64,000 nt of DNA from Octopus sinensis (Eukaryota), in NCBI RefSeq assembly GCF_006345805.1, contig NC_043006.1, positions 62,744,001 through 62,808,000 of the forward strand, in the 5' to 3' direction. The translations under genes and the position numbers were made by a program. The stretch's first letter is position 1. Each line of letters opens with the position of its first letter. Shown one piece after another: positions 17,804 to 30,499 of this stretch. The notes under the pieces were generated by a model. The model was not told where the DNA came from, ran no database searches, and saw only the letters and a list, made by a program, of their open reading frames with translations.

Positions 17804-18772
17804 GAAAACTCACAACTTATATTGCTGGGCATGATGGAAAGTGAAGCTATCCACTCCAAGCAGGCTAAAGTGATACTCATTTACTAGTCACGTTTCAAGA
17901 ACACTGTGAAGGATTCTTGCATTTCCAAGCAGTGCTGATTTTTGTAGGTGTTCTTGCACCGATCATTTTCCGGCATCTTGGTAGTTGAGTGCTGATACTT
18001 CCAAGTGCACCAATTACTATTGCTATCACGTCTACTCCCTTCATTGACATCAACCTTCGTATTTTCCTTTGTAAATCGTCATAGTTGTTTTTTTTTTTCT
18101 TCTTTTACACTGATCCTGTTGCAACCGGGTCATGCTATATCTATTGCCATACATGTCCTATCTTTTTTATTCACCACAACAATGTCCGGTCGCCTATGTC
18201 TGGTCAGGTGATCGCACTGTATCATTACATCCCACATTATTTTGCTATTCTCATTTTTGGTCACTCCTTCTGGGGTTTTCTCATACCGCGTCTTTGCTCT
18301 TTGTAGCCCTTGATTTTCACAGAGCTCCCTATGGATCATTCTTGCCACATTGTCATGGCATCGTTTGTATCCACGTTGTGCCAATTTCGGGCATTCGCTA
18401 ACGATATGCCACACCGTTTCACCTCGCTCGCCACATATTCTACATTTGTCGCTATAGAATAGTGTTGTCTTTTCTACACTTCATATAATGGGTCCTTAAC
18501 GCCTGTTCTTGAGCTGCGCATATGAGTGTTTCTGTATTTATCTTCCGGTCACTCTTCCTCATCCATAGCCAGTGGTCCTTTGTATCTGTCTTGGCATTCA
18601 CATCTCTTGCAAACTGACCGTACATTTTCTTTTCCTTCCAAGTCCTTTCCTTTTTTTTTCTTCATTTGTTTAAATTTTTCTATCATTACACAATTTTCAG
18701 TTTTGAGGTCGCCGGCTTTCTTCGTGTGTTCCAAGAGTGGCTCAACGGAATTTTTATATACCACACTTATTC

Positions 18773-18773
<1 letters not shown>
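17801..18773 (-). mobile_element. R4/Dong-clade 3' fragment (CCHC + RLE + 3' UTR), 5'-truncated
   Basis: ORF 18130-18414: HIVSECPKLAQRGYKRCHDNVARMIH...RHRRPDIVVVNKKDRTCMAIDIA; then IVIGALGSIS and QKSALLGNARILHSVLET after a frameshift; TAA repeats both sides. Confidence 0.92.
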
Positions 18774-18841
<68 letters not shown>

Positions 18842-18848
18842 GATATTT

Positions 18849-19296
18849 AGTGAGAGAGCAGTGTATGACATTAAAAGTGACACTGGGGTAAAATATAAGA
18901 AGCCCGGTATAACCATCATGACTACCCGTCTGACAAGGGTATACCAGGTACAAACATGACAACCATATGTGCGTGACATGGTGATCTCGTATCAAGATTA
19001 ACAGCGCATGACCTTGCATATGGGGCCCAGCTGGAATTTTCTTCAGGTCGAGTAGCCTAAACTGCTCAAAAGATTCTCATTAAGGATTGTTTAAGGATGT
19101 TGAACGAAACACCCATGTTTACAGATGTGATGTATCTAAACCCCAAAGAATTCTACTCAACACATGGATATAATACTACCCCATTACTTCTCCTCGTGAT
19201 CAGCGATGCACATATCGTCAGCCACTAAGGGACATGCCCAACTAGGCATGATGAGAACCCATATAAGTTATTGCCTGGTACTGCATCAGGGCATTT
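18849..19296 (-). mobile_element. Family C element, copy 2 (internal deletion near 5' end)
   Basis: Minus strand starts aatgccctgatgcagtaccaggca and ends ctgctctctcact + (AAT)n. Confidence 0.8.
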
Positions 19297-19321
19297 ATAA
19301 TAATGATTATTATTATTATTA

Positions 19322-20500
19322 ATATTTTATTGTCTTTGCACAGATTCTAACGCTGGAGATGTACTACAGTTTCAGCTGTTCAATACCAGTGAACTACGCT
19401 AACACAACATATCTTTCGAGCACCATCCGGAGTATTCGAGCAGTTCCAAGCAGTGTTGTTTTCTGCAAGTGCTCCACACTTATTGCAGCCCATATTTGTT
19501 CTATGTACTTCTCAAGACTTTTACTCACTGTTCCCAGGGCTCCGACACTCATTGGTACTACTGCCACCTTTTAAATCGACCAAACTGCCTAAACTCCTAA
19601 GCTAAACTGTCATAACTATCGACATTTATTTTCCATATCGCATACATTGTTGTCATTTGGGCATGTCAGCTGGACATGCTATATCCAGCATTGTTTGCTT
19701 TCTCTTCCAATTAAGACTATATCTGGCTTCCTATTCTCTATCTCATTGTTGCACTGAATCATAAAATCCCACAGGATCTTTGTATTTCATTTGCGATGAT
19801 GCCTACGGATATATGCTCGTCCCACATTTTCTCTGTGAAGTGCATATTTGTTGCAAAGTATCCAATGGACAATCCTTGCTATATTGTCATGATGGCCCTT
19901 ATATTCTTTCTAGGCTAGTGGCGTACATTGACTGGTAATATGACATACGGTTTCATCATTTTGTCCACAAATTCTGCACTTATCACTTTCTTCGGCAGCA
20001 CAGATTAGAGCCTCCGTTTCCTGTTTTAAATCACTTTTAGACTTCCACAGCCATCTTTTTTCTCTGTCTGTCTTATCATCAACATCCCTATGAAATTGTT
20101 CGTGCATTCTTTTCTTTATCCACCTATTTATAGATTCATTCATTCTCAAGTCTTTGTACAGTACTTTATCTTTGATATTTTCCATCTTTTACAAGCCTGA
20201 CCTTCTTACTTCGAATAATAGCGGTTCTGTGGAACTGTTTACATACCATGCTATGTTCTTTTCTTCTGCTCTAATGCTGTGTTCACATCCAATCAGTCCT
20301 CTTCCTACTCTTTTTCTTGGTACTTACAGTCTGTCACTTTTTGGGTGGAGTGTCCATATCTAGTCAGTACTTTCCTTGTCTTTGTGTCTAAACTGTTTAA
20401 TTCGTCTACACTCTATGCGACCACCACTGCTACATATCTAAGTAGTGAAACCACCCACGTGGTTGATAGCTTCAATCTTATTCCGTCCGTTTAACTTCGA
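19322..20500 (-). mobile_element. R4/Dong-clade 3' fragment, different subfamily
   Basis: ORF 19910-20185: ETEALICAA...CRICGQNDETVCHITSQCTPLA; C-terminus VVPMSVGALGTVSKSLEKYIEQI...HLQKTTLLGTARILRMVLER; 3' UTR runs into (TAA)n. Confidence 0.92.
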
Positions 20501-20591
20501 ATTATCATCATCATCATCATTATTATTATTATATTTATTTTTATTTTTTATTATTATTATTATTATTATTTTATTATTATTATTATTATTA

Positions 20592-20626
<35 letters not shown>

Positions 20627-21562
20627 TATTTATTTATTTATTTGTTTTACAGTAGTAGCTATATCATGTTTTCTTAATTGTTCATTATCTTTTGCCTTTT
20701 TTGTAATTGTTATTATCATTATTTTTATTGTTATTGTTATTATTGTAGTTGTTGTTGCTGTTATTGTTGTTATTGTAGCTAGTAGCTATAATGTCTAGAA
20801 CACTTTTGATACCAGGAAGGATCTTGACTTCAATAGTCCTTCAAAGCGATTTTGTAACAATAGGTTTCTTCTGAAATCAATAACAGCAACAGCAACAATA
20901 TTTTATTTACTCTTTCTTTTAATCTCCTTTTAATGTCGTCCTGAGCGTTTTTCTCTAATAAATAGATCTTTTTCATCCTTTTTCACGTTAATCATATTTT
21001 CCTACTAGACTTAACGACAACACCTCATATTTTTATAATAGATTTGGATATTTTATTAGTCGATATCTGCACAGTGTATAAACTGTTGCTTTAGACATTT
21101 CACCCTTACATTGATGCCCTGTCCCTCTCTCGTCCTCTCATTATAACATGAAATAATCACATTTCCACTTTCATGTTTTGAAATAGGAAACAATATTGAA
21201 ATATCAATTCAGGAAACGATTTCAAAGACGCTCACGAAATGAAGCCATTGGATACATGAGTACAGAGAAGACTAAAGTCTGGTCTAGTCATAGTATAACA
21301 TAGATATGTATACTAACGTGTATGAGGGTATGTTTACGCAAACACACTACAAATTACCCCCAATACAAATGTAACTGTAAACAGCAACTCATGAAGCAAA
21401 GGAGAAATGGAAAGCTGTTTGGGATCGTTCTTTCGCATCCCCAAGAGTTTGAAAAATATTTTTACGGCGCTGAACTAATGAAAATGTAGTCAGGTCTATA
21501 AACTTATAAACAATCGTGCAAAAACGTTTTCAGTCAGAGCAAAGAAAGACAAAGTCACATAC

Positions 21563-21601
21563 CTGTATTGAACCACGCATCAATCGCCAAAACATTTTGT
21601 T
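21563..21601 (-). other. Candidate 39-nt micro-exon of an unidentified host transcript
   Basis: Pyrimidine-rich acceptor tttcacgtcctttcactacaatttctgtgtttcag| and donor cag|gtatgt; symmetric length; open as (E)QNVLAIDAWFNT or NKMFWRLMRGSIQ. No homology recognised. Confidence 0.3.
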
Positions 21602-23624
21602 CTGAAACACAGAAATTGTAGTGAAAGGACGTGAAACTGAATTCATGTTCGTGTAGCCTAAAATTGAAATTTTGCTCCTTTCGAAAGAGAGTTTTACTTT
21701 GAAGCGTTATTGAATACTTCTTACATAGCATTAACGTAATAAATTTCATGCTTTCTTACGTCGAATCTTTGCGATGTAGACTAATATTGATTTCAAATTT
21801 TGGCACAAGGTCATGACGTTCTGGACAGGAAAAGTAGACCCCAGACGAAACTGGTATTATTTTATGCATACATATATTTACATACGTAAACGCATACCTA
21901 TGTGCATTGAAATGAAAATAATGAAAAACACACCCTATAAGAGATCTATGACATAAGTAGGATGTCTTGAAATTTGTTGGGCACTTGTTTTATTACGCCA
22001 ATATTTTCATGTTGACTTTCACCCACTAAAGCAAACGTGCTTACAATTATTGTTGCTCCTCTTAATAAACCCTGCACTGATTCAGTTGAAGCGTAAGATT
22101 TAAGTTTACAAGCAGTTTAAACTTACGTAATTGCTCTTCATTGAAATATTTCCTCTTACGTGCACCAAATTTACTGCTCGCTGATTCGAGTTATCTTCTG
22201 CGGATATAGTTAATTTGATCTATTTCTTCATCATTTTCTCAGTATTTTGATATTCTCGGGATTGTCTCTTCCACCTGATAAACAAAGCTATCGTTAAAGA
22301 TAACTGTTTAAACTTGTATTATGTTTAAAGATACAACGTTATTATTTAATCGTGGTTCATATTTGCGTTATTTCATAAACTGAACAATTTGAAGAGCTAT
22401 TTACAATAATATCGAAGAATTTAGTCACATCGCCAACTTTAAGATAATGTAGGCCAACAGCATAAAATTTTCACTTAGATCCTAATAAAAGAGTGAATCC
22501 CTCCAATGATTTGATTGAACACTGATGCAAATTTACTCTATGTACGCCGCTTATGTATTTTTTTTAATTTTGGGTTTTAAACCGAGGGAATATTGGCTGA
22601 AATGATGATGATGATGGTGGTAATTTTGATGATCAATAATATTAATGCGCCAATTTTGTTTGTATGTACCTGACGCGTCTGTCACGGTTAAGAGAAAGAA
22701 ATTGTTGAAAGAAATTTTGTTGCTTACATAAAAATTTATAATTTGTAATTACTGGAATGTGTTGCATTACTACTACTACTCAACACCTATGCCTGCTGGT
22801 CCACCAAAGCAGCAATGAGCATAATGGAAAAATTAAGATACTTAAATTAGACGCATGTGTTGAGCAAGGGAGAGAGAAAGTGAAAAAGGAAGAGAGAGAG
22901 AGAGAGAGAGAGAGAGGAGGTAGAAGGGAGTGGCTGAATTCCTTTGAATTCGTACCTACGACTGAACTGAAATTGACCCCTGGCTATTAAAGGCCCAACC
23001 ACACACACACACACACACACAGCACACACACACACATTTGTTTTAGGTATTCTACCCATTTGAATTCGGCCATTCACCACACAACATATTAAGTCTTATG
23101 TTCCAAAATTAAAATTTTGAATTTGTTTGAATTATAAAATTACACCTCAGCTAAAATACAACTTTTGACTTTCGAATACAACCTTTTCTTTCTCTTTCTC
23201 AATTTTTATAATGTTACAATTTCTCTGTTGTGGTCAGGATTTTTCCAATTCTTTTTTCTTGTATCAAGTAATGAATGAAAGCATTAAAGGAAAAAAATTA
23301 ATTTCACAGAGCCGAACAAAACCAAAATATTAATTCAATTTTCCCCTTCCTTAATACTAACAAGAGTATAGTATGAGAGTAAGGCTGTTATTTCTAGCAA
23401 ATTGAACAACCGTGCAGAGTTGTTCAACTGGCTCGTTTATTGATGTGTATAAGTAAACAAAAACTAAAATACACACACATACACATATATGTGTATGTGT
23501 GTGTGTATATATATAGATATATATGCATATATATATATAGATGCATATATGTATGTATATATGTATATATATATATATATATATATGTGTGTGGTGTGTG
23601 TGAGAGAGAGAGAGAAAGAGAGAG

Positions 23625-23732
23625 AGAATGTTCCTGCGTTTGTCCCAGGGGTCAATTCCTTCTAATAAAGGGCGGTGCTCCACCATGGCCACTGTCAAAT
23701 GACTGAAACAAGTAAAAGAATAAAAGAACACA
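23625..23732 (+). mobile_element. SINE-A 3' end
   Basis: ggggtcaattcc...ggcggtgctccaccatggccactgtcaaatgactgaaacaagtaaaagaataaaag. Confidence 0.8.
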
Positions 23733-23897
23733 AGAAAATCATTCCGTAGCACTAAACCAAGAGGGTTCTCAGAATATGCACGATGTATTTTAAGGCTAAG
23801 TAGTAATTCTGTTTACGTTTGTGTAACTGAGATACTTTGGTTGGATTATCGGATTTACACTTCTGTCTTTTTTCTGTAACTGTCACAATAAACTTTT

Positions 23898-24113
23898 CTA
23901 CTAAAGGCATAAGTCCTGAAATTTTTGCGGGGAGGGGGGAGCCAGTCGATTAGTTCGACCTCAGTACGCAATTTGTACTTAAGTTATCGACCCCGAAAGG
24001 ATGAAAGGCAAAGTCGACCTCGTCAGAATTTGAACTCTGAACGTAAAGACAGACGAAATAACGCTACGCATTTCGCCCAGCTTTCTAACAATTCAGCCAG
24101 CTCGCCGCCTTTA
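23898..24113 (-). mobile_element. SINE family B, full length
   Basis: Minus strand starts aaaggcggcgagctggctgaattgttag, B-box-like gttcagagttcaaattc, then gtcgactttgcctttcatcctttcggggtcgataa. Confidence 0.88.
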
Positions 24114-24569
24114 ACTGTCACAATATAGAAACATTTCTCAAGGCACCAGCACACATTTTAATGTTATTGAGCAGTTACTGTTTATATCTCGCTCAGAGAT
24201 TTATTATTGTTTTCGAACGGATTTTCTACGCCAGTGACTGTGGTTACTGTGAAAATCCCTATATATCCAGCCTGTAGAGGAAGACCCTCAACGAAGAACG
24301 GTACTTGCCATGCGTTGACAAGAGGCAATAACCTCGAAACCGGTCCGTATGTAGTATCCGTATCTTCGGGGAGGCTGATCCCCCTTTGCAGGCTGGCAAG
24401 GACACCGAGATGGTGTCAGCCCTTCTGGTGACGTCGATGATCGCCTGGGGCTAAATGCATCAGTAACACCTACACCACCCCGCCCTGTCCCTAGCCACAT
24501 TCAGATGGCTGATCCCCATTATGTTAAATGTTTTATATTTTCCGTGAATTTTTCATGGGTCCAGCTAGT

Positions 24570-24860
24570 AATTATGATTATGCTAATGATGTAGACGATG
24601 ATGATTATGATAATGATGGTGATGTAAATAACAATAGATATGATGTTTCTGGTAGTGAGCATGATCTTGATGATGACCATGATGATATTCGTGAAGAAAA
24701 TCATGACACTGCTTATGATAATGTCACTGATGCTGATCATTAACTCTTTAGTTAAGGTAGCAGTTCAGGCAGTTGTGGAAGCCGTGTTGGTATTGGAGTT
24801 CGTGGCGGCGGGGGCGGCGGTAGTGGTGGTAACAGTGATGATATTTTGGGATGGGCTGAA
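24570..24860. repeat. Degenerate (GAT)n/(GGT)n low-complexity tract
   Basis: Directly visible; explains the D/N-rich and M/I/V-rich ORFs here. Confidence 0.75.
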
Positions 24861-25097
24861 CACTAATATCACCAAACACTACACTGTTCCAGTAACAACT
24901 CTGGCTACTGACACTTCTGAAAGGGTAATAAACATGTGATTCTAAGCAGATAATTTACATCGCCTTCATCTACATTGATATGATTATTGTTTTTCGTTTT
25001 GCGCTTATATTTTATGCATACCATTGAATTTTCACATATTTACCTTTTCAATTTTCTCTATGATTTATAACTTCTGCCATTTTTTTAATATTCTGTA

Positions 25098-25152
<55 letters not shown>

Positions 25153-25489
25153 TGGAAGGTTTGGAGATGATGTACAAGTATTATATATTAGAAGAAATGA
25201 GGTAATCAGAAGATCGGATGGTTTATATTTACAGATATATATTTATATATTACATCTTTTACATATTTATCATATCACTTAGATCATTAGCGCTTTCTCT
25301 CATTCTAGTGGGGTTTTCAAATCAAAAATGATTTTTTGATTTGAAAACCCCACTAGAATGGGAGAAAGGGCTAATGATCTAATGAGAAAACGCTAATGAT
25401 CTAATTGATATGATATATATGTAAAAAATGTAATATATAAATAAATATCTGTAAATAAAAACCATCCGTTCTTCTGATTACCTCATTTC

Positions 25490-25500
<11 letters not shown>
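25153..25500. repeat. Long foldback centred at ~25330, embedded in (TA)n
   Basis: 25183-25328 is the reverse complement of 25333-25500 apart from a ~22-nt duplication in the right arm; ~30 nt unpaired extension on the left. Confidence 0.9.
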
Positions 25501-25528
<28 letters not shown>

Positions 25529-25655
25529 TATATATACAGAGAGAGAGAGACATACACACACACATATATATATATACACATAAATACATACATACATATA
25601 CGCATATACATACATATACATACACGCATAAATAGACAGATAGATAGATAGATAA

Positions 25656-26815
25656 GTTTCTTTATTGGCCAAACAGGGCTGCACACAGATGGGACAAATT
25701 ACAAGGTAGAGCTTTTCTTTTAGGGGATGAAAAAAGAAAGAAAAAAACAAAAAACAAAAGAAATAAAAAAAACAGTGGCGTAGGTTTTCGATCAAAAAGG
25801 CATCGTAAAAGGGAAAAAAGAATAAAAAAGGAAAAATGGAAGAGAAACAAAAGAAAAGAAAAAAGAAAAACGAAGAAAAAAGAGGAAAAACGGGGAAGAG
25901 GAAAAAAACGATCAATAGGGATCGTGTATCACAGTGTCATGATGTACGGTGTAAAGGGGGAAGCAGAGAATGTTTATCCGTGGGTAGAAAAGCCTACGAA
26001 AAGGACCACGGTAACCTCGGTCAATATTGTTATATGTTACCACATTTGTTTGCAAGTGGGTAACCCTCTGTTTTCAGTTTCTGGGTTCATAGGATTATGC
26101 TCAAGGTGGCTTCGTCATTCATACGTGCCATCCTTGCTACATCCACCCATCTTTTTTTTAAACATTCGCTAGACAAAACTTGCCTCTCTACTCTCACTTA
26201 CCTTTTCAAGTGGTACTTGAAGAAGTTGATGAGAGATTGACCAGAGAGGTAAGTGTTTGTCTCCAATCCTTTCAGACGCGTCCACCAGATACATTCTTTC
26301 GCCATAGCCACAAGGATGATGAAAATAGCTCTTCCTTCCCGTTTGAAGGAAGGAGGCGTGACAATATTGACGATAGACTCAGCTGATAAACCGACTCGTC
26401 CCACACGTGACAGCAGTTGTTCGACATAAGCCCACAGGTCGGAAATTGTTGGACACTGCACGAGTGCGTGCAGAACGGTTTCGTCGCTCTGACCGCATCT
26501 CGGGCAGGTCGGCCCCGTGTTTCTCGAGCCGTGTCTGTAGAGCTTATCCCGAACGGGTAGCGCTCCTCGGTAGCACTGCCAGGCCAGGGATCTCTGGAAG
26601 TTGTCCATGGGCCCTGGCCCGAAAGTCGTCCTGAACAGGCGGGTCAGGTATTCCTCGTCGACGTCCAGGTTCGCCCCAAATCGTCGTCGTACCTCCCCTC
26701 CACTAATCCTCTATAGAATGCTTTGGTTGTGATGCAGTCGCTCAAGGTCGACCCGGGACCGCGGAGTTGCTTGAGAGCAACGCAACACTCGCGGTGTCCT
26801 TCGCCCTACCTCGGC
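25656..26815 (-). mobile_element. Tx1/L1-clade retrotransposon 3' fragment (zf-RVT-type zinc finger + 3' UTR) in a (GATA)n array
   Basis: ORF 26198-26608: LAWQCYRGALPVRDKLYRHG...CPRCGQSDETVLHALVQC...IWWTR; frame continues past one stop to ~26087; AATAAA at 25666-25661; visibly GC-rich; flanks 25638-25655 and 26818-26835 match 17/18. Confidence 0.9.
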
Positions 26816-26849
26816 ATAGATAGTTAGATAGATAAATATATATATATAT

Positions 26850-26945
<96 letters not shown>

Positions 26946-26946
26946 C
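26816..26946. repeat. (GATA)n microsatellite
   Basis: Directly visible. Confidence 0.95.
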
Positions 26947-28264
26947 TATTACTGTGGGAGTGGAGGTGCGCGAACGTTGTTTGTTACAGATTTTAATAAT
27001 TAAAGTGTATTAATTTCTTCGAAGCTTTGTTCTCTGTCGAACGGAACTATTGATATTATAAAGAGAAAGAAAACGTTCACTTCAATAAAGAATTCCAATA
27101 CGTTATACCATATTACCATAAGGTGTACATCTGGCGTATTGCATAACAGTTTAAACGAAATGAGAATTCACTAGGCTTAATCATTGACTGCTATCTATCG
27201 AATTCATATTATCTTCAGCAATATCAAAGTACCTGAAATTAAAAACCATGGCGACGGTAAAGCGATGTGTTGCCAATCAGATTTTATAATGATCCAGCAT
27301 TTCGCTAAACATTCCTCTCGTCAATTTATATTTTTTTCTTTCAATCATCGAAGGAGAAGGTATTTGCAGTATATAATATATAACAGCAGGTTTATATTCG
27401 ATAATTCTTGAACAAAAGAAATGTGACGACTACCCTTTTTCACTATGATTACAAAAACCACAATACAATCAGATATGCAGAGTGAATAATCACAGTGAGT
27501 TAGATGTGTAATTGGAGTTTCGTTTCACACATTTGTTACCCCTACGAGATTAGAGATGACGATTCCCTGAAATTATTAAACGTAAGCCTAACTAACTCAG
27601 AACTTATGATATATAACATTTTAACCACGTCAGTACAGTGCTTTGTACTGAGAAACCTAATAAAGCTAAACAACTTTATGAAAACTATCGTAATCATCGT
27701 ATACAAAAACATATCTTTCTGTATTATCTGTGTGCAAAACAGAAAAAACTTTGTCTATTTTACATGGACATCACTGTATCCCTCTGTAGCAAGTATTTTG
27801 TGGTTTTTTCGATGACAGTCACTAGCAAGTACTTTGTGGGTTTTCAATGATATTCACTTGCGTTTGCAGCTAAAACCTTAATCAAGAATGGTGAATTTGA
27901 GGGAGTGCAGGTTGTCGTACGTTTACTTAGCAACATTATAATTTTTCTTTCAACTCCTTAAAATGTGTTACAAACAATTTTTCTAATGACAAGTCTATTT
28001 TCAGGCATATGTACATAGTTCTGTAACATATCTCAACCTAGTTATTGTGAACTACATAAACACATTACAAATAGGTAATTTGATCAAAAATAACATGAAA
28101 CTTCATGCCATACTGAATAACAATTTAATTGAATTATGCATATATACGTATGCATTTCTTCATTCAGTTATATTTCAAGATATCTTGCCAGTAGAGTAAG
28201 AGTCGATTTCTAATCTAGCTCCAAGGTTCTTTCATTGGAATTTCACCATCAACTGAGTATTTTT

Positions 28265-28600
28265 GTATGTATGTATGTATGTATGTATGTATGTATGTAT
28301 GTATGTATGTATGTATGTATGCATGTATGTATGTATATGTGCAGACTTGTATGCTTGTTTTATGTATGCCTTCTTATGCATATAGTTACATGTCTAGACA
28401 CGCTCATATATACTTAAATGATAAACTCCTAGGAAATTTTACAGATTTTTACAGCTCCAGTAACGTATGGATGGAGGGATGAATTGACGGACGGACAGGC
28501 AGAACAACATACGGAAAGACAAACAAACGGACAGGGAGACAGGCAGGCAGACAGACATACAGACAGACAGACAGACATACAGACAGACAGACAGACAGAC

Positions 28601-28656
<56 letters not shown>

Positions 28657-28664
28657 GGAGGGAT

Positions 28665-28702
<38 letters not shown>

Positions 28703-28764
28703 GGATAAAGATAGATAGATAGGTACATAGATAGAGAGATAGATACATATATATATATATATAT

Positions 28765-28816
<52 letters not shown>

Positions 28817-28874
28817 GTAGATAGATAGATAGATGGATAAAGATAGATAGATAGATAGAGAGATAGATACATAT

Positions 28875-28941
<67 letters not shown>

Positions 28942-28946
28942 GATAA

Positions 28947-29021
<75 letters not shown>
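28265..29021. repeat. (TATG)n tract (28265-28335) and long compound (GACA)/(GATA)/(TA)n array (28490-29021)
   Basis: Directly visible. Confidence 0.92.
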
Positions 29022-29022
<1 letters not shown>

Positions 29023-29466
29023 TGTATGTCTGGAAAGTGTTTATGCAGTTATACATTTGTGTGCGTTTGAGTAATGCTCTTGTTTTCTAGGACCGTAATG
29101 AAGCGGATTTTCTAAAAGAGATTTCACCATTTATGCTTTATCTATGTCTACTACCCTTGTCTTTCATGTCAGATGAAAGAGCTGCAGATTTCTTTCTTTC
29201 GAAAAATTCATTGGCAAGCTTATAGTTTACTGGATTATAACTAAAGCAAACTTGCAAAATGAATAAATGAGTATCTGATATCAACATCGAAATAAGGCCT
29301 TGATATATTGTGTCACATATATTTGATTCCTCATACATACATATATATTTCAATATATTTCCTTCAGCATATCACTATCTAAGACTTGCGAGTATTCAGC
29401 TATGTTTAGTCTTAATAATTTCTTGGCATGTTTCTAAATTACAATTCATTCAACATTATATTTTAG

Positions 29467-29835
29467 ACTAGCACTATGACCCGGCAACGCCGGGTCATAG
29501 TGCTAGTGCATGCATACACAGCTGCGTGCGTGCGCACATACACGCGAGTACTATCCAAATCTCCGACCAATTACATGCAGCTAGCTGACATTCAATTGGC
29601 GTATCAAGTTTCGGGCACTTTGATTGGGTTTTGGAGAGAAAATTTAAAAAAAAGTCACATCTGTTGATTTTTTTAATGGCTTTGTGGGGTGACTGTGGGG
29701 AAATGTAAAGATGTGCAAGACTACCCTTGGACGGTTTTGAATGACTATAGAAAGTGCGAGCCCTCTAACTGAAAAATTGTGGATTTGTATAAAGTACACA
29801 CACGCAGACATTTTGCCGTTTAAATGTAGAGAGAT
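29467..29835 (+). mobile_element. Helentron/DINE-1-like non-autonomous rolling-circle element (probable)
   Basis: Starts ACTAGC...GACCCGGC with a perfect 19-bp hairpin, has a short CA/CAGA repeat near the 3' end and ends gtagagagat|tt, the layout of DINE-1/Lep1-type elements. Confidence 0.65.
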
Positions 29836-30258
29836 TTCTAAACTACTGTTAGTCAATACCACGACACCTTCATTTCAGCAGACGGTATCAGAAACATTCC
29901 TTTCGTAGTTATGCGGTTACATTTTATATCTCCAAGGGGGTTACAGGCAGTAGCATCTTCGGAGCCATTGTGATGTAATGTGTTTCCATTGCGAAAAGCA
30001 ATTTAACTCCTTTCGGAAATAAACTTGCATTTTAATGGCCTTTTGGAAGCTAAGAATGATACAGATGCACTCATCTTTGAGTACAATGCATCTTTTAACA
30101 GAAACCGAAAGATACTGGATGAGATTATGTAACTCTTGTTTTATTCACATTCATTAATTGATATTACGCACTGTACTCTCTTAACACTACTATAAATTAA
30201 ATAGGTATATGGAGATTAATAGTATTGCTATGCCTAAGCAAAACTATTATATATATAT

Positions 30259-30319
<61 letters not shown>

Positions 30320-30499
30320 TTGTATATGTATATATATGTATATATATTATACATATGTTTGTGTGTATATATATGTATATATACATATGTATATATATAT
30401 GCATGTATATAGTGTGTGTGTGTTTATGTATACGTATACACACATTCATACATATATATATATATATATATACCATTCATATATATATATATATATATA

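Noticed and set aside
16874-20640. Regular repeat-spacer alternation superficially like a CRISPR array
   Set aside because: Repeats are variable-length microsatellites, spacers are 450-1200 bp retroelements, no cas genes, eukaryotic context.
22123-22160. RKRKYFNEEQL reading resembling a calponin repeat or homeobox arm; TTACGTAA palindrome
   Set aside because: In-frame stop ten codons upstream and similarity too short; a single 8-mer is expected by chance in AT-rich DNA.
22925-23077. 12/14 inverted match around a (CA)n tract
   Set aside because: Too short, with no TSD, to call a MITE.
29155-29240. Minus-strand open segment YNPVNYKLANEFFERKKSAALSSDMKDK after a good acceptor
   Set aside because: Donor (GTAGTA) is weak and no homology recognised; not supportable without RNA data.
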